Source of the DNA: Halocafeteria seosinensis
Taxonomy: Eukaryota
Direction: 5' to 3'
NCBI GenBank assembly: GCA_001687465.1
Contig: LVLI01000229.1
Coordinates: forward strand, 1 to 64,000
DNA length: 64,000 nucleotides
Shown here: piece by piece, positions 1-12,794 of the stretch
Position numbering within the stretch: position 1 is the first letter of the stretch
Layout: the number at the start of each line of letters is the position of its first letter
Notes under the pieces: model-generated
What the model saw: the letters and a program-made list of their open reading frames with translations, nothing else
Told to the model about the DNA's origin: nothing
The model's database searches: none
Position numbers and translations under genes: made by a program

Positions 1-1240
1 GTTGTGTGCAGAGGTTAGTGGTAAACACCACTACGCTTGAGGGTCTTCTCTCAAAGGTTGGAGGTAGACTTTTACGCACACTGGAATGATGAACTTGTAC
101 ATCCACCATCTTGGGGGCGGAAGTTTGGAATCCTTGAATTCTCGATGAAGAATTGAACAAGATCTTGAGGCCCATATTTGTAGCCCATTCAAGGTTATGG
201 ATACACTACTGTGTGTTCGTTGTTGCTGTTGTAAAGCAGTACCTACGGGATAATAGTGTAAGACCACTACGGTAGATGCAGGCAAAGCACTTGAGTCACT
301 TGACACACCACAGACTGTTGACAATTAAGGCACTGCCTCTGCTTCTAATAATTCAAATGCCCAAACTATAGATACGCAGGGCTACCATTCCAGGAGAGTC
401 GCGGCCGGCAACCAGCAGCAGCGTCTTCGAGAGCTGAAGCGTTACGTCTCGCTGCGAAATTCCTTCCCAGCCGTTCCTAGCTTCAGTACCTGTAGCGCTG
501 CTATATAGTGTATCAGAATCCTGATGTTCCAAAGTCAGCACTCTGTCCCTAGCCTCCCTGTCAAGACCCAACTTCCCTTGAAGTCTCCTATGACTCCCGC
601 TCTGTTCAAGAAAGGATCTATCCATGGTGAGTTCGAAAGCGGAATGACTTCATCATACTCTGATATGGCGTCCAAACATTTGTTTTGTTACCGCTTGATG
701 GTCCCTTACCAGTAGTAACAACTGCGTTCTCGCTTCTGCAAGAGCTCCCGGGCAGGTAAAGTATTGTTTCAGCTGGGGATACCTCAGCTAGCACCGATGC
801 AGCCTGCTTGCAGTTTACGAGTTCCTCAACTTGATCCAGTTTGCCCATACTCCGATGATACCTTGGCCTCGCCGTACAGTATTCTCTGCAATTTCACTTT
901 GCATATTTTTTTGCTCAGATTGCTGGTATCAGTGGTAGGGGTTGCTCGATACGTCGCTTGGAGCAAGCGTCGGGGTAGCCGTCGCCCTTGATACCTCGCC
1001 AGTCCCGGTTGTTGTGCCTTTCTCAGAGCCTGGACTTCCGCTACCTCCTCGCCCACTCTAAATGGAACATTCTTCAGGGTTTAATTACCCCGTACTTCCA
1101 GTTTAACCAACAGCCAAATATTTGCTCCTGGGGATCCAAGCCGATTCCCCATGCGGCTCAATCCCTGCTCACAGGGTATTACCTTGAACAATCAGCAGAA
1201 GCAGCAGACAATTCTCGTCTATATACAACCTCTCCAGTGT
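1..1240. repeat. Dispersed degenerate repeat, copy 1 (probable decayed mobile element; left end beyond window)
   Basis: Colinear similarity to ~41597-43560, e.g. gaagaattgaacaagatct..gagg.ccatatt...tagcccattcaa.gttatggatacactactgtgtg, gacacaccacag.ctgttgacaatta.ggcact, actccgatgatacct.ggcctcgccgtaca.tattctc, ttgaacaatcagcaga. Only short broken ORFs. Confidence 0.85.
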
Positions 1241-1452
1241 AACTTTAGGCACTGTGGCTACTGCATGTACTCATGATACAATAAACGCGAGTACCTACAG
1301 ACCAGTGCGAACCAAGTTTCATAACGATCACTGCAGCGACCCGTAATAAGGCTGCAAATAATGCTATGTGGTTCAGCCGCGTAGTTAAAGTAAGATAGAT
1401 CCAGGTGTGTACACCTCGTCCCATGTAGTTAGGTTACATCGGACATAAATTT

Positions 1453-1860
1453 TCACAACCGCAGCATTCCTCGCTGTGGCCCCCCACCCTCTGGCTCTGT
1501 CACTGCCCGATAAGTCCTCCTTGGATGTGCCTGTGCTTTGACTCGCTGAAACAGAGATGTCCCATCATGGAAAAGATCTTTGTGAACTCTCCAGGCCCGG
1601 CCAGACCCACTAACTTCTCCACAATCACCGCACTTATATCCATCAATGATCGGAAGAGAGGGATCCACCTCGGCTAACCGATGCAATGCAGGAGACGGAG
1701 AAAATGTTACCGATTTCAACCAAGCTTTCAGCTCCGGTCTAGAAATTTTCACCTTATGTCGGCGTATGAGATGCTCTCTAAGCGAATTGCAATCCCTACA
1801 GAAAATTTGGGAGCACTCTCTACACACCGGACCGTACTTGCCCGCAACCAAGAGCTCCAT
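1453..1860 (-). CDS. DUF3505-like double C2H2/zinc-finger protein fragment, probably part of a decayed element
   Basis: PVCRECSQ...LREHLIRRH ... PSLPIIDGYKCGDC....SGRAWRVHKDLFH...FQRVKAQ matches the DUF3505 layout (CxxC..H..H, LP.xDGxxCxxC..H...H, VxxQ). Lies directly upstream of the degenerate repeat on the minus strand. Confidence 0.5.
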   Translation of the reverse strand: MELLVAGKYGPVCRECSQIFCRDCNSLREHLIRRHKVKISRPELKAWLKSVTFSPSPALHRLAEVDPSLPIIDGYKCGDCGEVSGSGRAWRVHKDLFHDGTSLFQRVKAQAHPRRTYRAVTEPEGGGPQRGMLRL

Positions 1861-2502
1861 GGCGTTGTCTTGGAGACCAAAGCAGCAAATAGGAAGCTAT
1901 CAAGGCAAGCACCGACACTTCGATGTGGTTCTCCAAGCTTTCGTTCATTCTCCAAGCCAACACAAGCCCAAAACATCGAATGGAAGTCGACAGAAGATCA
2001 TGCGGCACTGCCCGACGACCTTCACAAGTACAAGACCCCAGTATTTTCACTTGTTTTCAGGATTCTGTAGCCTTTCACGCTTTTTCTATTATAATACTAC
2101 ATATATCTTCCTCTGGAAGTGCAACATCACTGATATACCGTGCAATATGCCTCCGCCATTGTCGAAGTCGGAACACGTCCTCTGCGAAGGGCGTCTATTT
2201 GCTCGTACATATAGCTATTGAACACACATCAGCTCCATATACGTAGCCAGTATCATGGTTATCCCATATACATCTTTTTTGTAGCTCTATAATACTGTAT
2301 ACATACACACAGAGCGTCTGTACTACAGGGTTGCGACGACCCAGCCAGGCTCACCGAAGCTCGAAATGTCTGGCCTCCTTTCTCAGCACACAAACAACGT
2401 CTTCGAGATCTTAGCATATCTACAGACAGCTGGTTGTTCGCTCTACACGTACATATGCTGGAAAGGCCTGTATTTTGTCTGTGTAGCTAATTCGAAAATG
2501 CG

Positions 2503-2600
2503 CGGCATGGACTACCAAAATCCGGCATGGACTACCACTGGGGGGAGCCAAAGGGGGCGCGGGAACGGCATGGACTACCAAAATCCGGCATGGACTACCA
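2503..2600. repeat. Nested direct repeat: 35-bp unit twice, each holding two CGGCATGGACTACCA 15-mers
   Basis: cggcatggactaccaaaatccggcatggactacca is exact at 2503-2537 and 2566-2600, separated by a G-rich 28-bp spacer. Confidence 0.9.
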
Positions 2601-2879
2601 AACTCCCCTCTGTGAAGACCGGATTAGTAACGGGCTTAGACGAGCCCAAAATGCCGCAATGTTCCCGATGACGAGCTTGTGTAGTAGCAATTAATAATCA
2701 TCGGGGGTTGTTTGGCCACCAATTAATGCCTCGTATATGGTATGCTATTGCCTTAGACTTATAGTGAGTATTTTTTATTACCATAGAGAGATCTCCGGAA
2801 GGGTTTACGGCCATTTCCTTTGTCCTAAGGCAGGTAGAGCGCGGTGTCCCTGAGTCCCCTGAGCACTCCTCTGCACTTT

Positions 2880-3945
2880 GCGCCTCACTGCATCTAAAAT
2901 TTATCATCGACTCAGCGCTTATTAACAAGGTTGCAAAGTATTGTAATAAGGCGTCTTCGACGACAATGTGATCCTGGAAATCCGGTCCACGTTTGAGGTC
3001 TCCGAAAGAGGTACACGCCAACACAGGAGTTACAGTACACTGCGGGTAGTGAAGCTTGTATGCACAGTATCGTCATCAATGAAAAGAGACTAATAATATC
3101 TTTCCATTCGGTAATATCGAGGAAGTTCAGTATGCAAACTTGGGGCAGCTCTTACTGAAGAATGTACGTGTATCTCTACGAATTCCTGAACAAGCTGGAG
3201 CTGAGAGGTCCACTTATCACCAGACGACGACGAAGATGTGACTGATGGCCCACCGGCAGCTGGATGTTAGCCGCTACAAGGGTAATATGGAGGTAGCAGC
3301 TGGCGCCCGTGTCTGGCAGCTACAGGCCCGCTGTTCCACTAGGAGAGAGGCAGCATAAACGAGTGACTTCAAAGCATTGACGCAGACCCGAACTTCAGTA
3401 TCCGTTTCCGTCACATCCCATGGGACCTCGGCATGGCTAGCTAGCAGTTCATTGCTTAATAGGATTGGGAGGATATTGTTGTTAGTTTCCTCTTGCACGT
3501 ATAAGTCATTCGTGTAGCTTGCTCTTCGGCTGTTCTTGAATCCGGATTCCATCACCAGTCTTGCACTTGGGCCGAGGTCCTTCATCTGCTCGTCCATGGA
3601 AGGGCGGTCTATTATACGACGGTCACTGCAATTGTATGAGTTTAAGTTGTACCTGCGTGGGTGGAGGTCAAGGGACGGGAGGCTGGAGTACGCGAACTTA
3701 AGAGCCAGGGCTGCGCATTTACAACCATCTCAGTGGAAAACACGTTTTCTCACATGAGAAACGGGATGGATAAGACTCCCACACAAGCTGCGTATGCTGA
3801 TCGTAGAGAGCGTCTGCTCCTGGATGGCTTAAGAGTTCTTGCGAAATTGGGTGTAACTATCACTATATATGTGGTCCCTTCTAGAAACATTGTCGATCCG
3901 GTGAAAGCGGCCTCACCCAGAGACCAAGTAGGCATAACCATGTAA
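2880..3945 (+). mobile_element. Possible highly degraded retroelement pol remnant (RT/RNase H-like)
   Basis: Weak motifs only: KFIIDSALINK (~2896) and ISVENT...NG...LRVLAKLGVTITIYVVPSRNIVDP (3730-3900), resembling the RNase H C-terminal 'VPSxxNxADxxSR'. Many stops. Confidence 0.2.
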
Positions 3946-5592
3946 TGGAAGTTATTCAGGAAGGGAACAAGATGGAAGCTCTCAAGTTAGGCTTGCTTGA
4001 CGGGCAAGAGTAACGAAAACGTCTGAAGCATTGAGTCCTTTCACGGGAGAAAAGAGCAGACTCCACGAGAGGGTACTTCAAAGGAACGACCTGGGAGTTC
4101 CACAACCACGTCTAGCTGAATGATGTCAATCAACCAGCCAGCTGAAATTCACTACAGTGCAGAAGAGATTTTGGCGTTCTGGTCACGGATCCCTTTTGGC
4201 TAGCCCGACTCAATCAGAGCCTATCCCATCCATGCTACAAAGACGTTAATGTTTCATGGCTGGAAGCACGAGATGGCTACACAGATGACGGTGTTACACC
4301 TTTACTTTACCGGTTAAGTCAGAACACGGACTTCGTTTCACCATCTTCAATAATAGATTCCGCCATGGTGCATGTCGAAGAGTTACCCAGATTGTGAGTT
4401 GTGTGAGTCAGGTTTATACACAGAGTGCATTAGATATGCTGTTGGACAGAGCAAGTATACTCGCATTGAATGCATGGTTCAAGATGCAATTGAATTGAGA
4501 CGAAGAGCGCGAAGAGACGCCGAAAGCGGAAGTGTTGACCGGGGGCCAAAGCGGGTGGAATTGCCCGCTTCCTCAGGGAGAAGGCGCCGGACAACGTATG
4601 TTAGGGCAGGGGGGAGTAATCCCAGTAAGCTCTAATTAGTTAGACGCTATTAATGGCTTTCTTCATCTCTCTTTCGTCCGACTTAATGTTGTCTCTAATC
4701 CTGTGAAGTTGTGCCCCCGATGACCGCGATGGCGATGAAAATTTGTTCCAGATGGCGCGATGGGGCGAGAAATTGTCACGATGCAATGCCATCGGGGGTA
4801 ACGCATTGGGGATTGTACCCCTTGGGTGTCGTTGTCAAATTAGACGGGGCAAGTGTGTTGACTGTGGCGCCGTTGTTTTATCCTTGATATCTCGATACCG
4901 AATCAAATGTCTGGGAGCTAGCACGACCCCATTTGGATAAATTTCACGAGGTGGTGAAATGCAGTGAACCCAATCACTACTGTACCGTTCCGGCCGTACA
5001 GTCATACAGTATATCCTGTTCAATCAGATGGGTATATCGTGTTTCCAAATTCTCAACTCTTCTTGAAGCTTTGGCAGTCAGGGACTGTGCCTTTGGTTGT
5101 GGCAGTCATGCTCGTGTTGCCCCTCCGTGTCCTACTCATTACCATTTTTGGCCCAGCCTTGCCCAACGTCCTCTTTCGAATCGGGAACCTGCATGATGTA
5201 TACGCATGATCGATGTGAAATGCTTGTCGGTTGGTATCATCCTCATTGAGCTCCATGACCACGGGACCGACATTGCCAAATGGAGTCGAAATTCTTGTCA
5301 CTTGCATTTGTTTTGCGGTATCATACTGTCTCACAGATAGTGCACGCCCATTCTTGAAAGACCAGTTTAGGCCACCAAGTTTCTCAAGAACAGTAGCTAT
5401 CAAACTGCAACGGGTATGCACGTATGTCTAAATCAACAGAAATGATTGAATGCTTTTGGGTTTATTCAATGATAAAAGACTTCCCAGCGAGCATTATGTG
5501 TAACGAGATTAACGAAACACTCCTTTCCTATGTTCTTGAGACGACAGATTAGATTGAAAAAAGCAACCAAGCAGTAACATGACGCTCACACC

Positions 5593-6938
5593 TTAGACTG
5601 CAGTTTGAGCAACCGGAGTATGTTGAGCTATTTTCTGCTGCGATGAATCTTGATGTGTGTTATACTGTTGTTGAGAGCTGTACTCCTTGCCAACTCTAGA
5701 ATACTGGCGGTTNCTCAGAGCGGCATTATTCGCTTGGTCAATCAATTTCTGACGAAGCAAAGAGGTGGCCTTCAGAACTGCCGTCAGCCTAACTTGGCGA
5801 TCAACATTGGGCGCGGCTGCATCCGTCCCTGTGCGAAAGCTTTCCACTTCTATCTCACTTCCTCGTTGCAGTAGTTCGATAGCTTCAGCTGCCGTGGAAA
5901 TGGACGGACCTACGCTCGTTATAGATACCTTGTCTTGATTTTCAAGGGTACGTCGAGCAGAATCGGCGAAAAAAGTAGCCGTTTTTTGGTTTGTCACGAT
6001 AATTGCATCGCGTTGCTGTACAGATCCATCCTCGTTGAGTTGATGCAGGATTGCCGCCAATCCCTTCCAATTGTGAGCACGCTTTGCATTGGCAGGTAGA
6101 TAATCGTCTTGAGTAATTTTATTCCAGCTGTAATCACCATACAGAATAACTGTAGTCACATGAGCCGAGGCTTCCTTAATATATGCGAGCGAATCGTCGA
6201 CGAGCACTTTGGCTCCAACAGATTTACATAGCTCGCTCTTAGTGGTAGGTGCTGAGCCGTCGCTGGCGTAATGGTTGGCAAACAACACATCTTCGAAGAT
6301 GCCTTCGTAGTGCGTATCAAGCCAATTCCTCGTCTTTTCCTCGAGAGAAGTTCTTCTTGACGTCACTACAACAAATCTGCATTTGTCACGTAATCCTCGA
6401 AGCATTTTGGCCGATTCTCCGATGGGTTGGATATGTGTAAAGTGCTCCGACTCGAAGAATTCTTCCATGACTTTGGTCGCCTGTGTTCACGCAAGTCCCA
6501 TTTTCTATCATCATTTCTGCGTCGCATTGCATGGTGGATACCGAGTGCAATAGCTTACCTGATCCACGGGGATTTGCCATACCGTGGCGAAATCATAACT
6601 ATGGTAGTCCGCCGGGGTCAAGCTAGTGCCGAATTTCTCATTGTAGAAGGCGCATAATTGCTCCACGAGCGCACCCTGTACACAGACATGCGAAACCAGC
6701 AGCGAGGTATAAAGACACAGCAACGAACGCAGCATCAATCATTCCCGATGTAGAGTAGAAACACGCCTCCCTCCTCATTGCACTTTTCACTACGTTACTG
6801 ACACAGACGTTCTTTGGGCCCCTTTTTCAACACCTTCATAGAATCTGAGCACACAAATTCACCCGGAAATACACACACTAGATAACTTACAAGGACCTCA
6901 TCAAGATCGATGGCGACGACAACACGTGAATCTGTCAT
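5593..6938 (-). CDS. HAD-family 5'(3')-deoxyribonucleotidase (NT5C-like) with C-terminal Alba domain; 3 exons (6938-6891, 6675-6559, 6480-5593)
   Basis: GT-AG splicing joins MTDSRVVVAIDLDEVL|GALVEQLCAFYN...WQIPVDQ|ATKVMEEFF. HAD motifs DLDEVL, VVTSR, K(SELC), LVDD are present. The C-terminal IIVTNQKTATFFADSARRTL...VSITSVGPSISTAAEAIELL...RLTAVLKA is Alba-like. Confidence 0.85.
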
Positions 6939-7410
6939 TATATAGGGATGAAAAAAGGGGGCCTTTTTGACGCGACGCGTTCCCTCCCGGAGCACAGCCG
7001 AGGAGACAAGTAAACACAACAGAATTCACACACAACTGAAAGGACCAACAAATCCCCCTAGTGTATATATGAATACGATATCAACTACACCAGTCTCTTT
7101 CCTTTGTATTATTGTATGTATGCACAAGACAAAATGAACCCGCCCTAGGGGCCCGGGGGACCGGCGAGCGGCCGGTGCCTCGGGCTCCAGGAACGAGAAG
7201 TGTGTAATCTATCTTGTAGGAGCAAAGAGCGACAACAAGATGTGACGTGTAGAGAATATCGACTCTGCCTACTATTGCCTGCAACGTGTCTTCGAAGATG
7301 CGCAGTTAGAAAGAATTACAGTTAGTAAGGTGCAGGGTGCAGTCCATGCATACTGCGGATTTCCAGCGTGAACTTCTAGGCTATAGTACTGTAGTGGAAC
7401 GTGCAATACG

Positions 7411-10400
7411 TCATGCAGCACCTTGCTTATCCTCGTCGGCATCGCCCACTTGAATGGGTGCCTTTACCACTACTCGCATTCCTACGTAGAACTCATTCGG
7501 TTCTCGGCATTTGTTCCATTCCAGCAACTGGTTGGTCGTTACTCCGTACTCATCGGCAAGTTTAGACAATGTATCACGTGGCCCAAATATGTGAGTTCTC
7601 TCCAATTGATGCTTGCCTTTACCCTTCCAGAAGAAAATATGCAAACGGCGATCCGAAGTTGCGCACAACAGCCTATCTGTGTCATATTGTATCGCCATCA
7701 CTGGCGACGTCAACCTTTGTAAGATAGCGTTCAGCCTTTGACCAGAGACAGCGTCAGAAAGGATGACACTATTGTCCGTAGACGCCGAAACTATTCGTGT
7801 CGAGTCCATCTGTAGAGCAGTAATTCTGCCCTCGTGCACCTTGAAAGAGCGTCGGATTTCTCCTTTTTTGAGATTCCACATGATAATTTTTCCTTCCTGA
7901 TCACCGGAGCAAATTTCTTTCTCCGAAATTGCTATCGCAGTTACTGTGCAGAAATGACCCCGCAGACGATGCCACATTGTGACTTCCGAGAGAGGGCCAT
8001 TCTTATCGCCCTCATATTTCCATACACGCAAATCCTCGTCCATACTTCCGCTAGCAATGAGTGAATCGTCCACCGCGATTGAGTTCACCTGAGATTCATG
8101 CCCTCGGAGCTTCCTCAACAACGTAAACTTCTTGACGTCCCAAACACAAACTGTCGCGTCGGTACTACCAGATACGATTATCTTGTTGGTCGCTTTAACA
8201 CATACTACTGCACCGCGGTGACCTTGCAGTGCCCCTAAATGACCCAATTGCTTCCTCTGGGCTTTGGGGTTGGAGATGTCCTCGTCTTGACCATCTTCTG
8301 GGCGAACTATCTCACTGTCTCCAATTCGTATGTTTGCATGGATCTTTCCGTAGATCCTTTTGAGAGATGTGTCCCAAACACGAATGGTATTGTCGGCACT
8401 TCCTGTAATGACAATTGTGTCGCGGTAGCACAAACATGATATCTGTTTAACATGCCCAGCTAAGGGGCCCCTATGTGCACCAACAGTATCCGATAGAAAT
8501 GAGTTGATAGCTGTTCCGCTTTCCATCATATAAACCAAACACGAAGAATCAATGCTGGCAACCATCGTTGGGAATCCCGAACCTTTATCCCCTAAAGCGT
8601 CGTTCAGTTCCTTGTTCACCTCATTGAAGGCAATGCAGCGAAACGCCTTACGCTTTTGAATCTTCTGACTTAGTTGTGAGAATTCGGTTTTCAAACTTTC
8701 TTCGCTGTCTTCCAGGTCATCTTCGAGATTTTGAATTTGCATGTCGAACCTCCGATAGTCACTCGACGCTTCAGTAGTTTCTTCTTCTAAACGCTTGATT
8801 TCTTCCTCGAGACTTCGCCGTAAAGTCTTAATGTCAAACGTCTGATCCATGCCTTGATGAAACACGTTACTGCTAACAGTAGGAGCACCGGTGTTTACCA
8901 GCCGCGTATGCTCTTCCTTCAACGATCTCAATCTCTCCCCTTCTCGTTCTGAAAACCCATGCGCTGCTTTGCTTAAAGTCCGGAGGGTATCCAGGAGCTC
9001 CAAAATTCGCTCTTTCCGATTTCGGACTAAAGGTACAATCGGTGTGACAGCTTCCAGCTCTGTTACGCCTCCAGACAGGATTTCGATTCCCAGAATCCGC
9101 TGTTCTAGAGAAGCCAACTTGTTTATGCTATCTTGCATCCTAGTTTTCTCTTCTCGCATAAGGTCCGACGACTTCTGTTCATAACGCTTTGCAGCTTCAA
9201 ATTTCTGCAGTAGTCGTAGTACATAGCCAAGATCCCTGTAGGCTTTGGATAATGGGTTAGGATCGTTGACAATTAGCAGTCGCTTGATTGACTCTTCCAA
9301 TAACTCACGCGCCGTATCAAAATAACCGCTTTCACTATAAGCTTTTGCCAGACCGTTCAAGGCCGATGCTTCCTTTCGAAGATCTTTCAGTTCACCAGCT
9401 AACTGAAGTAATCTACGGTAATGTATAATGCACATATCCCATTTTTGCCGCTTCTCGTATATGGAGCACAGCAGAACGTAAACTTGAGCCAATCCAGCGA
9501 CATGCTCTTCCACTCCTAAAACCCTCTCAGCTTTTCGTAAGCACCCCTCGGCTTCGTCCAACATATCGTGGGACATATACCCTTTACCTAATTGGATTAG
9601 CACTGCTACTTCCTCTTCCAACGTAAGTCCAAGGTCTTCCCGACTTAACAGATCCTTTCCTTGCCGAATGGACTCAACAGAGCCTTCTTCAGGTTGATAG
9701 ATACTTGAGAAAAGCTCTTCCACCGAGTCAGGAAGCTTGGACCCCGACTCGGTTGATACACTCTCTTTCGATTTTCCTGAAAGCGGTATGGAATTCAGCT
9801 CAATAGCCCTGGACGAGGGAACAGTCGCGCGCTGCTTATTGCGGAATCTATAGTCGGATTGCACCAAGTCTTCGTGCAGTTTATCGACGTACTGTAACAG
9901 AGCCGCTGTATCCCTTACCATGTACTGACGGCTCTCTTGGGCCTTACTTAAATAGTACGTTCCGAGTCCTTGGAACTCCTCTAGTTTGAGTCCGACTTTG
10001 TGCTCAGCTTCCTTATGACGTCTGCAATAGTCTAACCAGGTATCAAAACCCTGTGATAATTTCACATGAATCATTCTGAGCAAAACGCCACGCATTATTT
10101 GCTTATTGCGAGTTTCTTGCTCAACGAAAGCCTTCCATGAGCGAAACGACTTTGCCATTCCAGTCTTTCTCCAGGTTTCTAAAATTTGCATTTTCTTCAT
10201 GTCGTCAGCGTTTGACTTCTCCCATCTCATGAAAGCAGCTTTCCGCTCACTAAGCTGTTCCTTCTTTTTTTCTAGAGTTTCAACATACTTTTTTTCACTA
10301 GCCATCCCAGAATTGAGCTTCTTCCGGCACTGAAGGATGATATGTCTGCTCTCACGGATGTCTATTTCAATCATTTCTAAAAGAGATTCCTTGTCAAAGC

Positions 10401-12794
10401 GCTGAACCTTGCCGTGCATGATTGAAGAGTCGACCGACTTGCCTACAAACTTCTCCAATTTGTACTGCTCGGCCAGCAATTCTGCCAGTCTCTGCTCCGC
10501 CTGATGCGCTGTCTTCTTTAAATGAATGCGAGATGCCTTTATGCCTTCTATGGCTTTCTCTAACTTGTTTATGTCGTGCTGTGTCATTTGCATTCTGATT
10601 CGAAACTGCTTTCTCTTGAGCTCGCGCTTCTTCTGCGTTAGTTCACGTGCCGTGAGAAGCCAAGGTTCTCGGTTATCAACTGCGGCTGCAATTTCAGTCT
10701 CGTCCACTTCTTCTTTTCCGTCCATCGAGGAATCCAGGTGTAGATCTCCTTCTACGCCTTCAATGTCGCCATGCTCTTTGATCCACTTCTTCAGTTCGTG
10801 TTTAAGAATACCAATGTATTTTTTTCGTTCGAAACGTTGGTGAAATCCTTGATACATGACGTCTACAGTTCGCATGTCAGTGGCCCGTATCTTGGCCAGA
10901 TCATAGACGAGCTGTTGGCCACGATTGCCATCCAAAGTTCGCACATGGTCAATGTGACTAGATGGAGGACTGGTCTTCCCAGCCGAATTAACTGCCTTCA
11001 CTACGAATTTCGTAAAAGTGGTCGAGTAGGGAAGACCGTCCAGCTGTATCGAAGTAGTCTGACTCTCCTTTTGATGTTTTACTTCCCTTATAGAGTAGCT
11101 TCCACCTTCATTTAGCATATTGCTGAAGTCCACTTGTTCCTCTATATATTCGAGTATGTACTTTTCCACTTCCACTCCCCCACAGAACAATGGTTCAACC
11201 CAGCGTAAGTTTATTTTACTGAACGTCACACTGGTAGCCTCGAGATGTAGGGGTGGCGTAGGCTCGCTCGCTGGGTTTGTTGTTACACTGTCGAGTTCGT
11301 CACTCCACGGCGAATATCCTTTGATATTCAAAGAGCGCACTTTGAGCTTAACGTATTCAGTGTTGGCAGGTAAATCTCTGACAAGAAAGCCCGTGTGCGC
11401 TACTGGCATATTCATATACCAGCGCGAGGTTCCAATTATTTCAGGGCTGTTTGTGGTTTCTCTAACCAGAAGACCATGTTTGTCATAAGTTTTGACCTTG
11501 CGACATAACGAAATCTCGTACTCGTAGACTTCAGCACCACCGTCAAACACGGGAGGCTGCCATTTCAGGGAAAATGAATCCGAAGTGGTATTCACTATTT
11601 TAATGTTCGTTGGCGGGTAGGGAACAGTTGCATAGACGTCCATAATACGTTTGGTAGCGGTCATAGACCTTCCTTTCCTCCCTTTCAAAAGGCGGCAATC
11701 TCCGACATGGTTGTTAAAGCGAAAATTAGGAAAGAATTTGCTGCAGAAGGGGCATCGAAGACTCTCAGATGTAGCACTTTCTTTACCACTCTTTTTCTCG
11801 GTCACTTTTAATCCTTCTTTACTTATTTGGCTATGTTGTTGGGTGGGTTGAGGTCTGCTTGAACCCTCAGAGGATGATGTTTGTGTTTCGACCACACTTG
11901 CGGACAATCCAGCATTTGGTTCATCTTCGTCTGTGTCACTTTCCTCTTTTCTGCTTTCCTCCTCGGCAGTCTTTCGTGTGTACGCAAGTCCGTCGCAAGT
12001 CTTCACGTGTTGATCCAAGAATCCGGGCAGGAACTCGCGGTGGCATCGAGGACATTCGTCGTATCCTGCTTCATGCTTGTTCTTTTCCAGCTCTCTCAGT
12101 ATTAACTCAGTAGTTGTCGGTTCGGCAACCGGCTCGGCATTGAGGTCATTGCGCTTGTGTTCGCCACCATCTGTGTCATTGGTGGATCGCAGAAGCTTCC
12201 TCATATTGAGAATGCGAAACTCGAGGTCTCCGAGAGTATCTTGATGAAGTTTCCCATCAGTTGCTGTGTGACGGACATCGGAAGCCATTGATCTGTAAAG
12301 TACAACGGAGCTATCCGTTCAGTGTAGTCATTGTACTGCACACACACGTTTGTATAACTTACTCGAGCATGTCTTGCATTTTGAGATGCGACTTAATCTG
12401 TAGCACTCGTTCAATGCGCCTTACATAGCAAACTAAAGTTCGTTGTCAACGCACACATCATACATACCCTATCGTAAATGTGCTGGTCATTTTCCTTTAA
12501 CTTGATATACTCTAGCTTGTTCACTGCTGCGGTCCGGTTGGCATGCGGTGCGAAAAACTCTTCAAACTTTTTCAGGTCAAAGTTCTGTGCGCGCTTGTCG
12601 GACGCCTTCATTACTCCCAAAGATTTTGTTCCGCTTTGCCTGGGAGCTACAGATGCTGTATTGCCCTGCTTTTTACTTCCGTCGCGTTTAGAGCTCTTAA
12701 AAAGGTCCATAATGGCCTTCTCGGTCTTCTGAAAGTCCTGTTTCCCTCCTCCCCCATTCTCCTGACTTTGAGCTGAGTTCTTCGTATTATCCAT
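7411..12794 (-). CDS. Large multidomain protein: 2 C2HC zinc fingers, 2 FN3, coiled coil, TPR-like helices, WD40 repeats, C-terminal LysM; exons 12794-12468, 12397-12363, 12292-7411
   Basis: Zinc fingers CPRCHREF..LDQHVKTC and CPFCSKFF..NHVGDC. FN3 WQPPVFDGGAEVYEYEI and WVEPLFCGGVEVEKYILEY. WD40 GH...ITGSADNTIRVWD, VSGSTDATVCVWD, ASGSMDEDLRVW. LysM HIFGPRDTLSKLADEYGVTTNQLLEWN....FYVGMRVVV. Two short GT-AG introns join the 12411-12794 ORF in frame (IYDR|IKSHLKMQDMLE|SMASD). Confidence 0.85.

Noticed and set aside
4714..4798. 9-bp inverted repeat cccccgatg/catcggggg as a MITE
   Set aside because: Too short, with no clear TSD or second copy.
4835..5431. Short minus-strand ORFs, possibly a decayed gene
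   Set aside because: No motif I can identify with confidence.
12411..12794. Stand-alone 127-aa gene
   Set aside because: Splices in frame through a 35-nt exon to the 1625-aa ORF.
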